From positions 32,001-96,000 of the forward strand of contig CAXWPL010000002.1 of assembly GCA_963666215.2 (NCBI GenBank): a stretch of DNA of 64,000 nucleotides, in the 5' to 3' direction. Positions 49,637 to 59,690 of this stretch are shown in pieces. The notes beneath the pieces are model-generated. The model saw only the letters and a program-made list of their open reading frames with translations. It was not told the origin of the DNA and searched no databases. Within the stretch, counting starts at the first letter, position 1, and each line of letters begins with the position of its first letter. Source of the DNA: Acidobacteriota bacterium (lineage in GTDB: Bacteria; Acidobacteriota; UBA890; WLXD01). The position numbers were made by a program, and so were the translations under genes.

Positions 49637-51055
49637 ATGACAGACAATCCACTCGCCGACCTCAAGACGAGCCTCCGCGGAGAGTTGATCACCCGCGACG
49701 ACCAAGAAGCGTTCACCGCCGCGCGCTTTCGCGGATGGAACCGCGACCTGAACACGCGCTCGAATCCACTGGGCTTCGTCATCGCTTCGGGTGTGCGGGA
49801 CATCGCGACGACGGTGACCTACTGTCGGTCGGACAACATTCCGATCACCGTGCGAGGAAAGGGCTGCCATTCGCCGTATGGAATGGCGAACGACGCCGTC
49901 GCGATCGACCTCTCCAAGATGACCGCGGTCCGGGTCGACCCTGAGAAGAAGCTGGTTGCTATCCAAGCGGGTGCCGATGGAGGCGACGTCGATCACGAGA
50001 CGGCCCTCCACAACCTCATTTGCCTCACCGGTACGGTTTCGCACACCGGATTTGCCGGTGTCGCACTTGGAGGTGGCATGGGCCATCTGAGCCGTTGGCT
50101 GGGCGCCGTCGTCGACAGCATCGTCAGCTACGAGATGGTCACGGCAATCGGAGACGTCGTTCGCGTTGACGAAGCCAAGGACCCTGAGCTCTTCTGGGGC
50201 ATGCGCGGGAACGGGGCCAGCTTTGGAATCGTCACCGAGTTCGTCCTCGAGCTCCGCGACATGCCCAACAACGGGATCATCCGAAGCGCCCCGATCCTAT
50301 GGGGCGCGGACAAGGCAAAGGAAGTGATGACGCCCTGGATGGGTCGCATCACCGGTCCAGAGCGCAAGGAAACCGAAACCCTTCAGTTTGCGTTCCTGCA
50401 CTCGCCGGATGGTCACCCAGTCTGCGGTGTGATCCCCCTGATCGTCGGTGAAACGGAGCCCGCGGCCAAGGCCACATGTGACGAGCTGGCGGCGTACGGG
50501 GGTGGGGCATTGGTCCGGCAAGACACCCAGTTGCCGTACACGGCCCTCCAGGCGGCACTGGGCGACTGCTTCCCTTTCAACAGGAACTACTGGGACAAGG
50601 GAGTGTTCATCAACTGGGACCCCAGCGATACGAACGCTGCGAACAGCATCGTCGACATCGCCGTGAAGCACTGGAGCGAGAAGCCAGACTTCGCCACGAA
50701 GCTGTCCACGTTCCTGCTCTTCTTGGAGGTCAACGGAGCGGTGGGTAGGCCAGATCCCGCCTCCACCTCGTTCTCCGCTCGTACCGGACGCCTGTGGTGC
50801 ACAGCCCTCATCGGTTGGCCCGACGAAGACGACTCACAACGCGCGGCCAGCAAGAAGTGGTGCGGCGATTTCGTCGAGAAGCTGCGCCCGTTTCATGTGA
50901 CCAGGTATCTGAACAACGCCATGCCCGAGAGCGATGCGGAAATGCTGGGCGTATTCCCCGAGGACACCATGAAGCGCCTGCGGGCTCTCAAGGGAAAGCA
51001 CGACCCCGGCAACCTGTTCAAGATGGGCGCCTGGCAGTATCAGGCCAACATGTAG
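49637..51055 (+). CDS. FAD-linked oxidoreductase (VAO/BBE family)
   Basis: VRGKGCHS FAD-attachment motif, GFAGVALGGGMG, LFWGMRGNG.SFGIVT, YLNN, LRALKGKHDPGNLF. Confidence 0.88.
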   Translation: MTDNPLADLKTSLRGELITRDDQEAFTAARFRGWNRDLNTRSNPLGFVIASGVRDIATTVTYCRSDNIPITVRGKGCHSPYGMANDAVAIDLSKMTAVRVDPEKKLVAIQAGADGGDVDHETALHNLICLTGTVSHTGFAGVALGGGMGHLSRWLGAVVDSIVSYEMVTAIGDVVRVDEAKDPELFWGMRGNGASFGIVTEFVLELRDMPNNGIIRSAPILWGADKAKEVMTPWMGRITGPERKETETLQFAFLHSPDGHPVCGVIPLIVGETEPAAKATCDELAAYGGGALVRQDTQLPYTALQAALGDCFPFNRNYWDKGVFINWDPSDTNAANSIVDIAVKHWSEKPDFATKLSTFLLFLEVNGAVGRPDPASTSFSARTGRLWCTALIGWPDEDDSQRAASKKWCGDFVEKLRPFHVTRYLNNAMPESDAEMLGVFPEDTMKRLRALKGKHDPGNLFKMGAWQYQANM

Positions 51056-51167
51056 CTGGCACTCGAAGCCGTCGGGCTCACGGGGTGGGATTCGACTTGC
51101 TCGGTTGCCGGGCGGTCCGCGAGCGATGAAGTGTCGCTCAGGCGGCTTCGTCGCCGTCGCGTCCAGC

Positions 51168-51230
51168 CGCATCCGGTATTGGTGTACGAAGTTCGGGCCC
51201 GAGTACGCAGCCAAGCTCCGGCAGCGGCAA
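51168..51230 (+). pseudogene. Short IS6-family transposase remnant
   Basis: RIRYWCTKFGPEYAAKLRQRQ resembles IS6 IRRWxxKFGPxYA motif. Confidence 0.5.
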
Positions 51231-51614
51231 GACGAAACGCCGGAAACCATGATGACGTCGCCGTTGGCCGCCGAGGAATCCACCTATCGCAGGCCGCCCG
51301 CCGGTAGGCCTCAGCCAAGACGCGAGGGCACGGAGGGCGGAACAACCTCGAGCGGTGACGGTTGCGTCGCGCCGGGATATCCGCTCCGCCTGCCTTCAGA
51401 CCGAGGTGGCCGGAAGTAAGGAGTAGCCCTACTCACCCCGAGTCCGAACCGGATCACTGCGTGGTCGGACGCGTTTGTCGCCGCGGTCAACAAGCGGTGA
51501 CGTGCGGTTCCCTGCACCTAGTCGCTATGTCCGCCATTCTGTTTGAACGTTGGTGGGACTTGTCTTGACTCGGGTTGTTGGTGATCTAGACCTGAACGCA
51601 TACGCTTCTGGCCC

Positions 51615-51923
51615 ATGGAAACGGGAACCCGACTCGGACCTTACGAGATCCTCGAGCAGTTCGGTGCGGGCGGCATGGGCGAGGTGTGGCTGGCGACCGA
51701 CACGCGCCTGGGCCGCAAGGTGGCGATCAAGGTGCTGCCCGAGCAGTTCGCGTCAAAAGTGCTCGACTTCGGCCTGGCCAAGACCCAGGAAGGCGCGTCG
51801 TATTCATCCGGGAGGACGCCCGACCAGACCCAATCGCCCACCATGCTGCAGGCTACGGGCGCCGGCATGATCATGGGCACGGCGGCTTACATGAGCCCCG
51901 AGCAAGCCAAGGGGAAGGTCGTC
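51615..51923 (+). pseudogene. Hanks-type Ser/Thr kinase remnant with internal deletion
   Basis: GAGGMGEVW and VAIKVL join directly to KVLDFGLAK and [10 protein letters not shown]; no HRD loop; truncated afterwards. Confidence 0.8.
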
Positions 51924-51931
51924 GAGCTCCA

Positions 51932-53299
51932 TCACGCGGCCCCACTGACCCCTCTCGGGATTCTCGTCGTCGCGGCCAGGACGGCGGCGGCGGCCAGCGC
52001 CATGACCGCGCCGAGCACGAACGGTGCGTGCGGCCCGAGCGTCGACCATAGCCAGCCGGCGAGTAGGCTCGCGGCCAGCAACAGCGCACCGTTGATGGTC
52101 TGGTAGAGCCCCATGGCGGTGGCGCGCCGTGCGCCGGTGGACAGGTCGGCGACGTAGGCTCGCGCCACGCCCGACGTGGCGGCCGCGTACAGGCCGTACA
52201 GGCACATGAGCGGCCACGTCCATACCGGGGTTCGGATGAGGCCGAAGGCGCCGTAGACGAAGGCGAAAGCCACAAAGCCGGCAACAAGCACGCGGTGGCG
52301 GCCGATGCGGTCCGAGAGCGCCCCGAGGGGAGTGGCCGCGATAGCGTAGATCAGGTTGTAGAGTACGTAGAGCCAAAGCACGTCCATGTCGTCGAGGCCG
52401 AGCTGGCGTGCCCGCAGCAGCAGGAACACGTTGCTGCTGTTGCCGAGCGCGAAAAGCGCGCTCACCCAGAGGAAGCTGCGCAGCTCCGGAGAGGCAGCGA
52501 AGATCGCTGCCGGGGGCGTGGACTCCGCTGGTGGCGACTCTGACGATTGCGATGATGGGGCGGGAGACGGAGTGGACTCGGATCGGGACTGGGAGATCGA
52601 GTCGGCGCCCGCTCGAACGGCCTGGCTACTTTCGCCCTCGCCCTCGGACGCGGCCCTGGCTGCCGCGAACCCGCGCGTTGGCCTCAGCAGCCCCAACGAC
52701 GCAACAGCCATAACGCTCGGCACGGCGGCAACAAGAAAGATCGCTCGATACGAGAGCCCCAGCGTGTTCAGCAACAGGATGCCCAGAAGCGGGCCGGCGA
52801 CGGCGCCGGTGGTGTCCATGGCCCGATGCAGCCCGAAGGCCATGCCGCGCCGCTCGGGGCTCACGGAGGCCGCCAGCATCGCGTCTCGCGGTGGTCCGCG
52901 CAGTCCCTTGCCGGCGCGATCGAGCAGGCGAGCGGCGAGCAGCATCGGCCAGGTGCCCGCGAGCGCCAGCAAGGGTCGCGACAGTGTCGACAGGCCGTAG
53001 CCGGTGTACAGCCATGGCAGGCGACGTCGGTAGCGGTCGGAAAGCACTCCGGACACCAGCTTGAGCAGGCTGGCGGTACTCTCGGCGAGGCCTTCGATCA
53101 GCCCCACCACGCTCATGGGAGCCCCCAGAACGCTCGTCAGGTACAGCGGGATGATCGGGTAGAGCATCTCGCTGCTGACGTCGGTCAGCAGGCTGACGAG
53201 GCCAAGGACCACGACGTTGCGTCCGAAGCGGGCCCGCGACGGCGGCTTGATGCGAGCCTTGGAGCGCGACGTGGAGCCGGATCGAGGGTCCGACGTCAC
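51932..53299 (-). CDS. MFS transporter
   Basis: [47 protein letters not shown]. Confidence 0.9.
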   Translation of the reverse strand: MTSDPRSGSTSRSKARIKPPSRARFGRNVVVLGLVSLLTDVSSEMLYPIIPLYLTSVLGAPMSVVGLIEGLAESTASLLKLVSGVLSDRYRRRLPWLYTGYGLSTLSRPLLALAGTWPMLLAARLLDRAGKGLRGPPRDAMLAASVSPERRGMAFGLHRAMDTTGAVAGPLLGILLLNTLGLSYRAIFLVAAVPSVMAVASLGLLRPTRGFAAARAASEGEGESSQAVRAGADSISQSRSESTPSPAPSSQSSESPPAESTPPAAIFAASPELRSFLWVSALFALGNSSNVFLLLRARQLGLDDMDVLWLYVLYNLIYAIAATPLGALSDRIGRHRVLVAGFVAFAFVYGAFGLIRTPVWTWPLMCLYGLYAAATSGVARAYVADLSTGARRATAMGLYQTINGALLLAASLLAGWLWSTLGPHAPFVLGAVMALAAAAVLAATTRIPRGVSGAA

Positions 53300-55314
53300 T
53301 CTTCGCGGCTGGCGACGGACAACAACCAGGCCGACAGCGCCAGCAGCAGTACCAGCCCCGGCCAGCCCTGCAGAGGCGCTTGCGCGACGGTGAACATCTC
53401 GGCACCGAAGAAGCTCGACCAGTTGGCGAGCACGATCGGCAGCGCCAGCAGGATACCTACGAGCGCCTCGCCGGTGATCATGCCCGACGCCAGCAGCAGG
53501 GCGCTGATCGCCTGCTTACGTTCCTTGCCGTGGGCCTTGACGCGCCGCTCCGCGAGCCACCAGATCACACCACCAAGAAAGATTGCCGTGTCGAGCTCGA
53601 GCGGCAGGTAAATGCCCACGGCAACAGCGAGGATCGGAGCCCGGAACTCGGAGCCCCGTGCCTCGAGGGCGCGATCCCAGAGGATGATCGCGACGCCGAT
53701 GGCCGCGCCGAGCGCCACCATGCCCCACGGCAGTCCACCGCGGAACACACCCTCGGCGACGCTCGCCATCAGCGTCGCCTGGGGGGCTGTCAACGAGTCG
53801 GGGTTGGCCGCCGTAGCCGGGCCGATGCCGTAGCGCGCCTGCAACAGGTAGAGCACCGGCATCATCACGAACGCCGCCGACACGACGCCGATGAGCTCCA
53901 TCGTTTGCTGCTTCCACGGTGTGGCCCCGAGGATGTGGCCGGCTTTGAGATCCTGCATGGTGTCGCCGGAGATGGCGGCGGCGCAGGCGACAACCGCGGC
54001 CACGAAAATGGCGGCTGCGGGCCCGGCCGGGCTATCGGCGCCGAGCAGCAGCAACAGCAGCAGCGATGTGAAGAGCAGTGTAGCGATGGTTACCCCGGAG
54101 ATCGGGTTGTTGGACGATCCAACGAGCCCCGCCATGTACCCGGCAACGGCTGCGAAGAAGAACCCGGCGATCAGCATGATGACCGCCATGAGCGCCGAGA
54201 CCCCGATCTGTCCGACGATGGTCTGATAAAGGAAGAAGATCGGCACAACGCAGGCCACGGTTGCGACGATTACCCAGTTCATCGGAGCGTCGTGTGCGGT
54301 GCGCTCGATCGCGCCGGCTCGCCCAGAGCGTGCGTTCCGATAAGCCTGCAGCCCGGAGGCGACTCCGCGTTGGACGGGCTCGGCGAGCTTGATCAGGGCC
54401 CACAGGCCGCCCACAACCATGGCGCCAACGCCGAGGTAGCGGATCTGGCTGCTCCAGATTCCGTCGGCCGCCGCCACCACGTCACCTGCCGGCATGCCGT
54501 TCTGCCAGACGTAAATCGGGATGCCGACGAACCAGGCGATGGCACCGCCGACGAAGATCAACGTCGCGATGTTGAGCCCGACGATGTAGCCAACGGCCAC
54601 CAGGGCGGGGGAGAGGTTGATTCCGAAAACCCAGATCGTGCCCAGGGCGCGCGCGCCAACCGCCTGGGTCCCCGTCCAAAGCCCCATCCCGGTCTCGCCG
54701 AACTTCATGGCCGCGCCGGCCAGCGAGGCCGCGGCAAGGACGCGAATGCTGCGCCGTTGGCTGCCCTCGTCGGCCGACATCGCCGCGATCTCGGCAGGCA
54801 GATCGGGTGCGTCGCCGCGTGTCACGCCGCCTGTTTTGAGAACCTCGGCGGTGGCGACCCCTTCGGGGAAGCGCAGCTGCTGCTCCACGACAAGCGCGCG
54901 CCGCAATGGAATCGAGAACAGCACCCCGAGCACGCCGCCAACCCCGGCGAGCGCGGTGACCTGCCAGTAGTCGAACGTGTCCCAGTGGCCCATCAGCACC
55001 AGTGCCGGGATCGTGAAGATGACGCCGGCGGCGAGCGACTCACCCGCGGAGGCCGCCGTTTGCACGAGGTTGTTCTCGAGGATGTTCGACGTGCGGAAGG
55101 CGCGCAGCACCGCCATCGAGACCACGGCCGCGGGAATCGACGCCGACACGGTCATCCCGGCGAACAGCCCCAGGTAGGCGTTCGCTCCGCCCAGCACCAC
55201 CGACAGCAGAATCCCTAGGATCACCGCCTTGAAGGTGATCTCCGGCAGGGTGACCGTAGCCGGGATCAGCGGCTCGGTTGGCGAGTTGGGCGCGGGCCTA
55301 GGGTCGGACGTCAC
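53296..55314 (-). CDS. OPT-family oligopeptide transporter
   Basis: NAYLGLFAG, LENNLVQTAASAGES, FPEGVATAEVL, GSSNNPISG, QDLKAGH, APQA.LM. Confidence 0.92.
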   Translation of the reverse strand: MTSDPRPAPNSPTEPLIPATVTLPEITFKAVILGILLSVVLGGANAYLGLFAGMTVSASIPAAVVSMAVLRAFRTSNILENNLVQTAASAGESLAAGVIFTIPALVLMGHWDTFDYWQVTALAGVGGVLGVLFSIPLRRALVVEQQLRFPEGVATAEVLKTGGVTRGDAPDLPAEIAAMSADEGSQRRSIRVLAAASLAGAAMKFGETGMGLWTGTQAVGARALGTIWVFGINLSPALVAVGYIVGLNIATLIFVGGAIAWFVGIPIYVWQNGMPAGDVVAAADGIWSSQIRYLGVGAMVVGGLWALIKLAEPVQRGVASGLQAYRNARSGRAGAIERTAHDAPMNWVIVATVACVVPIFFLYQTIVGQIGVSALMAVIMLIAGFFFAAVAGYMAGLVGSSNNPISGVTIATLLFTSLLLLLLLGADSPAGPAAAIFVAAVVACAAAISGDTMQDLKAGHILGATPWKQQTMELIGVVSAAFVMMPVLYLLQARYGIGPATAANPDSLTAPQATLMASVAEGVFRGGLPWGMVALGAAIGVAIILWDRALEARGSEFRAPILAVAVGIYLPLELDTAIFLGGVIWWLAERRVKAHGKERKQAISALLLASGMITGEALVGILLALPIVLANWSSFFGAEMFTVAQAPLQGWPGLVLLLALSAWLLSVASREE

Positions 55315-55411
55315 CGGGGCATCCTAACTGTTCTAGTGGGCTGTTGTGGAAGTGGGTACGACTGACTGCAAGCGCCTGCGAGGCGCCTGCAAGCACGTCC
55401 ACGATAGCCCG

Positions 55412-57292
55412 CTAGCGCTGGATGGCGGCGAGCAGGTCGGCGGCAGCCTCTTTGAGGCTCGCGCGCACCTCGTACACACCGCTGAGATGCGCCGGGCGGA
55501 CGTACACTCCGTCGGTGGCGAATTCGTCGGCATCGGCGGCTCGCGGAGCTTCGCTGCCGATCGCCAGGTCAGCCACGACTTCGCCGTCGATCAGAGCCCG
55601 CACCTGATACGTCGGTGCGGCGAGGCCCCACGGCCGCAGATCCGGCGCGGCGCCGTTCCATTCGCTGGCGACAGCTTCCATGCGGAGATAGTTGACGTCC
55701 CAGAGCAAGTCGGTGACCGCCTCGCCGTTCTCGAGCGAGGCCCCGGCGGGGGAGCCGAGGCTCCACTCCTCGCCCGATTGGTTGAAGACGTACTTCGTGC
55801 CGTCGCTGTCGTCGACTTCGATCGTTGTCAGGTCCGACTGGCTGAACTGCACGATGGTCTTGCTGCGCAGATCGAACAGGTTGGTGCGCAGGACTTCGAG
55901 ATCCTCGGCCGTAACCAAATAAACGGTGTCGTCGCCCGACACGCTCACGTAGTTCGCGTCGATCGTCTCGGGCTCTTCGTCCGGCGGGGCATCATCACTG
56001 GCCGCTACGGTTGTTGCGGAGCCGATGTGGATTTGGATCGGCGCACTCGGCGTTGCGGCGTCGGCGCCGGTCATCTCGACACTCAGTGTGAGCTCAGGGT
56101 TGGCAAGGCCGGTGCTCGTTGCCGCCATCCCGAAGCTGTGGGCCCGGAGGTCGACGAGAGCGCGGAGCAATCGGGAGGCGGCCGAGGCGTCGGCGTCGAT
56201 GGGTCGAGGCGAGGTGACGCGCCAATCGCTACCATCGCGCTCGATGCGCACCGACTCGGCGGCGTCCGACGTTGACGAGATGGAGATCGCGGAGACGAGA
56301 TCGCGCTCGAGAGCCAGCACCGACTTGTTGCGCAGGTCGGTAGCGCTGGCAGGGAGCGAGTCGAGCAGGTCGCCGGCAACGACGAAGATCGAAGGGCTGC
56401 CCTCACGCATCGCGAAATAGCCCTCGTGCTCTTCCGAAGAAGACCCGATCAACAGCGTGTGCGAGGCATCGGTTCGGGTGCGCAGCGTCAAGCGCACGGC
56501 CGGCTGGTCGAGGCCATGCTCGGCGAGTTGCTCCGCGCTGGGCGCATCGTCGAGCACGAACGCCTCGGCTTCCTCGCCGTGCAGCGCCGAGAGAAGATCG
56601 TCAAGGGTCTCGTTGTCGGCTCGACCACTGAAAGGCGCCGACGCAACCCACTGTGGCTCGGCGCTATTGCCTGGCACGTTTTCGCGGTGTAGCGCCGCCG
56701 TCAGGCCGTCGCGGGTGATCTCGACGTCGCGGATCTCCGACTCCTCGAAGCGCAGCACAGTTCGGTCACGCAGATCGAGCATGCTGGAGCCCACCGACGC
56801 CCGAACCGAGCGGCCGGCGCTGTAGACCTTGTTGTTACCCGTGGTGACATACAGATTGTAGCCAACGGGGGTGTCCTTACCCACCGCGAGGGTCAGCTCG
56901 GATCCATCCTCGAGCTGCAGCGTGACCGCGGCCTGCGGACCACTGTCCCCGCCGAGCTCAAATGGCGCCATGTCGTCGGCCGCTTCGACGACGAGGCTTT
57001 CTTGGGTGAAGCCACCGATGCGCTCAACCAGCGAGTCGATCTCGGTGCCGTCGGCCGGTACGCGCCGTGGCTCTACGATCGTCCAGCCGTCTTCTTCTTT
57101 GGCCGCCGCGAAAGCGCCGGACTCGCCCTCGAACGAGATGCGCGTGACCTGCTCGGCGTCGAACGACAGCAGCAGCTCCGATTGGCGCTCAGCCTCTTCG
57201 CGCCCTTCGCGTCCCCGGACCTCGTAGAAATAAACGAAACCGCCCAAGGCAACCAGCAGCACCGCCATGAATATCGTGTTGCGTGTCTGCAT
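55412..57292 (-). CDS. DUF4340-domain exported protein (three repeats)
   Basis: N-terminal TM; repeated L.VG...DLRDR/DLRNK/DLRSK units; downstream of GldG-like gene. Confidence 0.8.
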   Translation of the reverse strand: MQTRNTIFMAVLLVALGGFVYFYEVRGREGREEAERQSELLLSFDAEQVTRISFEGESGAFAAAKEEDGWTIVEPRRVPADGTEIDSLVERIGGFTQESLVVEAADDMAPFELGGDSGPQAAVTLQLEDGSELTLAVGKDTPVGYNLYVTTGNNKVYSAGRSVRASVGSSMLDLRDRTVLRFEESEIRDVEITRDGLTAALHRENVPGNSAEPQWVASAPFSGRADNETLDDLLSALHGEEAEAFVLDDAPSAEQLAEHGLDQPAVRLTLRTRTDASHTLLIGSSSEEHEGYFAMREGSPSIFVVAGDLLDSLPASATDLRNKSVLALERDLVSAISISSTSDAAESVRIERDGSDWRVTSPRPIDADASAASRLLRALVDLRAHSFGMAATSTGLANPELTLSVEMTGADAATPSAPIQIHIGSATTVAASDDAPPDEEPETIDANYVSVSGDDTVYLVTAEDLEVLRTNLFDLRSKTIVQFSQSDLTTIEVDDSDGTKYVFNQSGEEWSLGSPAGASLENGEAVTDLLWDVNYLRMEAVASEWNGAAPDLRPWGLAAPTYQVRALIDGEVVADLAIGSEAPRAADADEFATDGVYVRPAHLSGVYEVRASLKEAAADLLAAIQR

Positions 57293-57297
57293 GGCCC

Positions 57298-58911
57298 CTA
57301 CCTCCGGCCGCGCCGGAGCCAAAGCATCATCCCGGAGAACAGAATCAGCTCCGGCAGGAGTAGCACGGTCGTATAGAAGACGGCCGTGCTTTGACCTTGG
57401 GTCAACATGACGCGCGAGGCGCGCGTGTTGCGCGGCCGGATCGAGATCAACTCCTCTTCGCCACCCAGCCAACCGACGGCGTTGAGCAGCAAGTCCTCGT
57501 TGAAGTATCGCCCCAGCAGTCCGTTCGTTGTCCAGTCGGAATCGCCAAAGACAACGACGCGTCCCTCGAGATCGGCCGGTGCCGAGTCGCTGGCCTCACC
57601 GCCACCTTCCGCACCGTCGCTGGCAGACGCGATTCGAGGTGCCGTCCAGTTGAGGGCGTTCCCCGTCAACGTCATCGCAACGCCGAGCGATACGGGGCCG
57701 GCCCTGTCGTCATCCGTCTGCTCGACCTCACCGGTGTCGAGCAGGCGTGCGACGTCACTCTCGGCCCAAGAGGCGTCGGACGTCATCGCCAGCTCGGTCA
57801 CGCTGACGCCGTCGGCGGCGCTTTCGTCATTCGCCTTGCTGACGGTGCGGACCATCCGAAAGTTGGTGTACTCGCTGAAGCCGGCGGTGATCGCGTGCGG
57901 GCCGTAGCTACCCACCACCGGATCGACTCCGAGCGTGGCGCCGGCGAACAGCTGCAGCCGCTGCTCGACCACGACATCGTTGCCCACGGTAACGCCTCGG
58001 CGCGCCAGCAACGGCACGAGTTGATCGCCAGCCTGCGGGTCGAGCAGCAGCAGGGCCTTGCCGCCGCGGTCGATGTAGCGCTCGATCAGCTCGAGCTCGA
58101 GGTCGAAGAACGGCCGCTTCGGTCCCGCCACAACGAGCAAACCGCAGTCCGCCGGAACGTCGGGAACCGAGCCGAGCACCAGCGACTCCATGTCGTAGCC
58201 CTCATTCGCGAGAGCCGCCTTCGCCAGGCCCCAGCCGTTGGGGGTGCTGGCGTCATCGAGGTCGGGCTCGGCATGCCCGCTGACAAAGTACGCAACCTCG
58301 CGCGCAGCTGCCGTGAGCCGGATGAGCGTGTTGGTCAGCGATTCTTCACTGACATCGTTGATCCGGCTGCTCTCTTCTCCGACGGTCAGATGGAGCGTGT
58401 TGTAAGCGGTGATCTCGTAACGCTCCGCCAGCTCGGGACGCTTGTCCGGGTCGATGATCTCGTAGGTGAACAGATCCGACTCGGCAGCGTAGCTCGCCAG
58501 CAGGTCGCGGACTGCGGGATCTTCGCCCTCTCGGAAGAAGGCACGCGCTTCCACCGGCGAGTCCAGATTGCCGGCCAACTGAGCGCTCTGCGGTGCTAGC
58601 GAGAACATGCTTTGTTCGGTGACGTCGTAACGCGTTGGATGCTGGACCGCGAGGTAGTTGACGACAGCCACCACAGCCAGCGTGACCACCGTGTAGACGA
58701 TGGAATTGGTGCCGTGCTTGGCCTTGCGGCTGCCAACCGACTCCTTGAGCGAGTCCACCTGGGTGAACAGGTAGAGCGCCAGCATCATCGAGCCGAGGAT
58801 CACGTGTACCAGAACGTACAGGGAGGTCCAGTCGCCTGTAATGAAGCCCGCAATAACGCCGAACACCAAGACAATCAGGCCGAGTGGGCCAAACATGCGA
58901 TAGCTACCCAT
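57298..58911 (-). CDS. GldG-like ABC auxiliary component
   Basis: RYDVTE...FSL, IDPDKRP, YFVSGHAE, LVVAGP, VVVFGDSD, NAVGWL. Confidence 0.85.
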   Translation of the reverse strand: MGSYRMFGPLGLIVLVFGVIAGFITGDWTSLYVLVHVILGSMMLALYLFTQVDSLKESVGSRKAKHGTNSIVYTVVTLAVVAVVNYLAVQHPTRYDVTEQSMFSLAPQSAQLAGNLDSPVEARAFFREGEDPAVRDLLASYAAESDLFTYEIIDPDKRPELAERYEITAYNTLHLTVGEESSRINDVSEESLTNTLIRLTAAAREVAYFVSGHAEPDLDDASTPNGWGLAKAALANEGYDMESLVLGSVPDVPADCGLLVVAGPKRPFFDLELELIERYIDRGGKALLLLDPQAGDQLVPLLARRGVTVGNDVVVEQRLQLFAGATLGVDPVVGSYGPHAITAGFSEYTNFRMVRTVSKANDESAADGVSVTELAMTSDASWAESDVARLLDTGEVEQTDDDRAGPVSLGVAMTLTGNALNWTAPRIASASDGAEGGGEASDSAPADLEGRVVVFGDSDWTTNGLLGRYFNEDLLLNAVGWLGGEEELISIRPRNTRASRVMLTQGQSTAVFYTTVLLLPELILFSGMMLWLRRGRR

Positions 58912-58916
58912 TCGAT

Positions 58917-59690
58917 CTATCTCCAGCGCAGCGATTCGAGTGATCGCTGCGACAGAAAGAGCCCCACGGTCACCACGCTGAGGTAGTAGATGACGTCGTC
59001 GCTCTTGACCAGCCCGCGCATCATGTCTTGCGAGTGGTCGGTCAGAGAGAGGTGGCGCAACACGGCGCCCATACTTTCGCCTACCGCGTCGGCCGGCCAG
59101 CTGATCAACAGCAACAGGAGCAGCGTGCCACCGGCGAGCACTCCGGCGACGATTTGATTGTCGGTAAGTGTCGACGTGAACAAGCCGATGGAGATCGCCG
59201 ACATGCCGATCAGCAGGAGGGCGAGGTAGCCGGTCAGGATCCGCGGTACCTCCGGGTCACCGAAGTACATCAGAACGGCGGGGTACACGAACGCGCACGC
59301 AAGCATCGCCACGAGAAACAGCGTCGCGCCAGAGAACTTGCCGAGAGTGATCTCGAGAGTGCTGACGGGCGATGTGAGCAGCAGCTCGTCGGTGCCGTTG
59401 GCGCGCTCCTCGGCGAACAGCCTCATCGTCAGCAACGGGATGATCATGATGAAGACGATGATCATGTTGCCGAGCAGAGGGCTCAGAACCCAGTCGTTGA
59501 GGTTCATCTGTTCCATCTGCCCGGGCTGTTGCATCGACGAGTAGATCGCCACGTAGCGCGAGAACTGCGCCAGCATGTTCCAGAACATGAAGCCGGAGAT
59601 GAGCAGAAAGCCGGCCATCACGACGTACGCCACGGGCGAATAGAAGTAGGAGCGCAACTCCTTGTAGGCGATTGCCCAGATGTTGGTCAT
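58917..59690 (-). CDS. GldF-like ABC-2 permease
   Basis: KELRSYFYSPVAY, TMRLFAEERANGTDELLLTSP, LGKF, STLTDNQIVA. Confidence 0.9.
   Translation of the reverse strand: MTNIWAIAYKELRSYFYSPVAYVVMAGFLLISGFMFWNMLAQFSRYVAIYSSMQQPGQMEQMNLNDWVLSPLLGNMIIVFIMIIPLLTMRLFAEERANGTDELLLTSPVSTLEITLGKFSGATLFLVAMLACAFVYPAVLMYFGDPEVPRILTGYLALLLIGMSAISIGLFTSTLTDNQIVAGVLAGGTLLLLLLISWPADAVGESMGAVLRHLSLTDHSQDMMRGLVKSDDVIYYLSVVTVGLFLSQRSLESLRWR

Larger units (their letters stand above)
39597..51540. mobile_element. Degenerate integrase-associated island at tRNA-Asp (right boundary tentative)
   Basis: Integrase next to the tRNA; dense IS content; CCGCCATTCT (39591-39600) recurs at 51531-51540. Confidence 0.55.

Noticed and set aside
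48572-50086. 504-aa ORF as one real protein
   Set aside because: Its first ~185 codons are mostly antisense to the FAD oxidase; only 49531-48572 has transposase similarity
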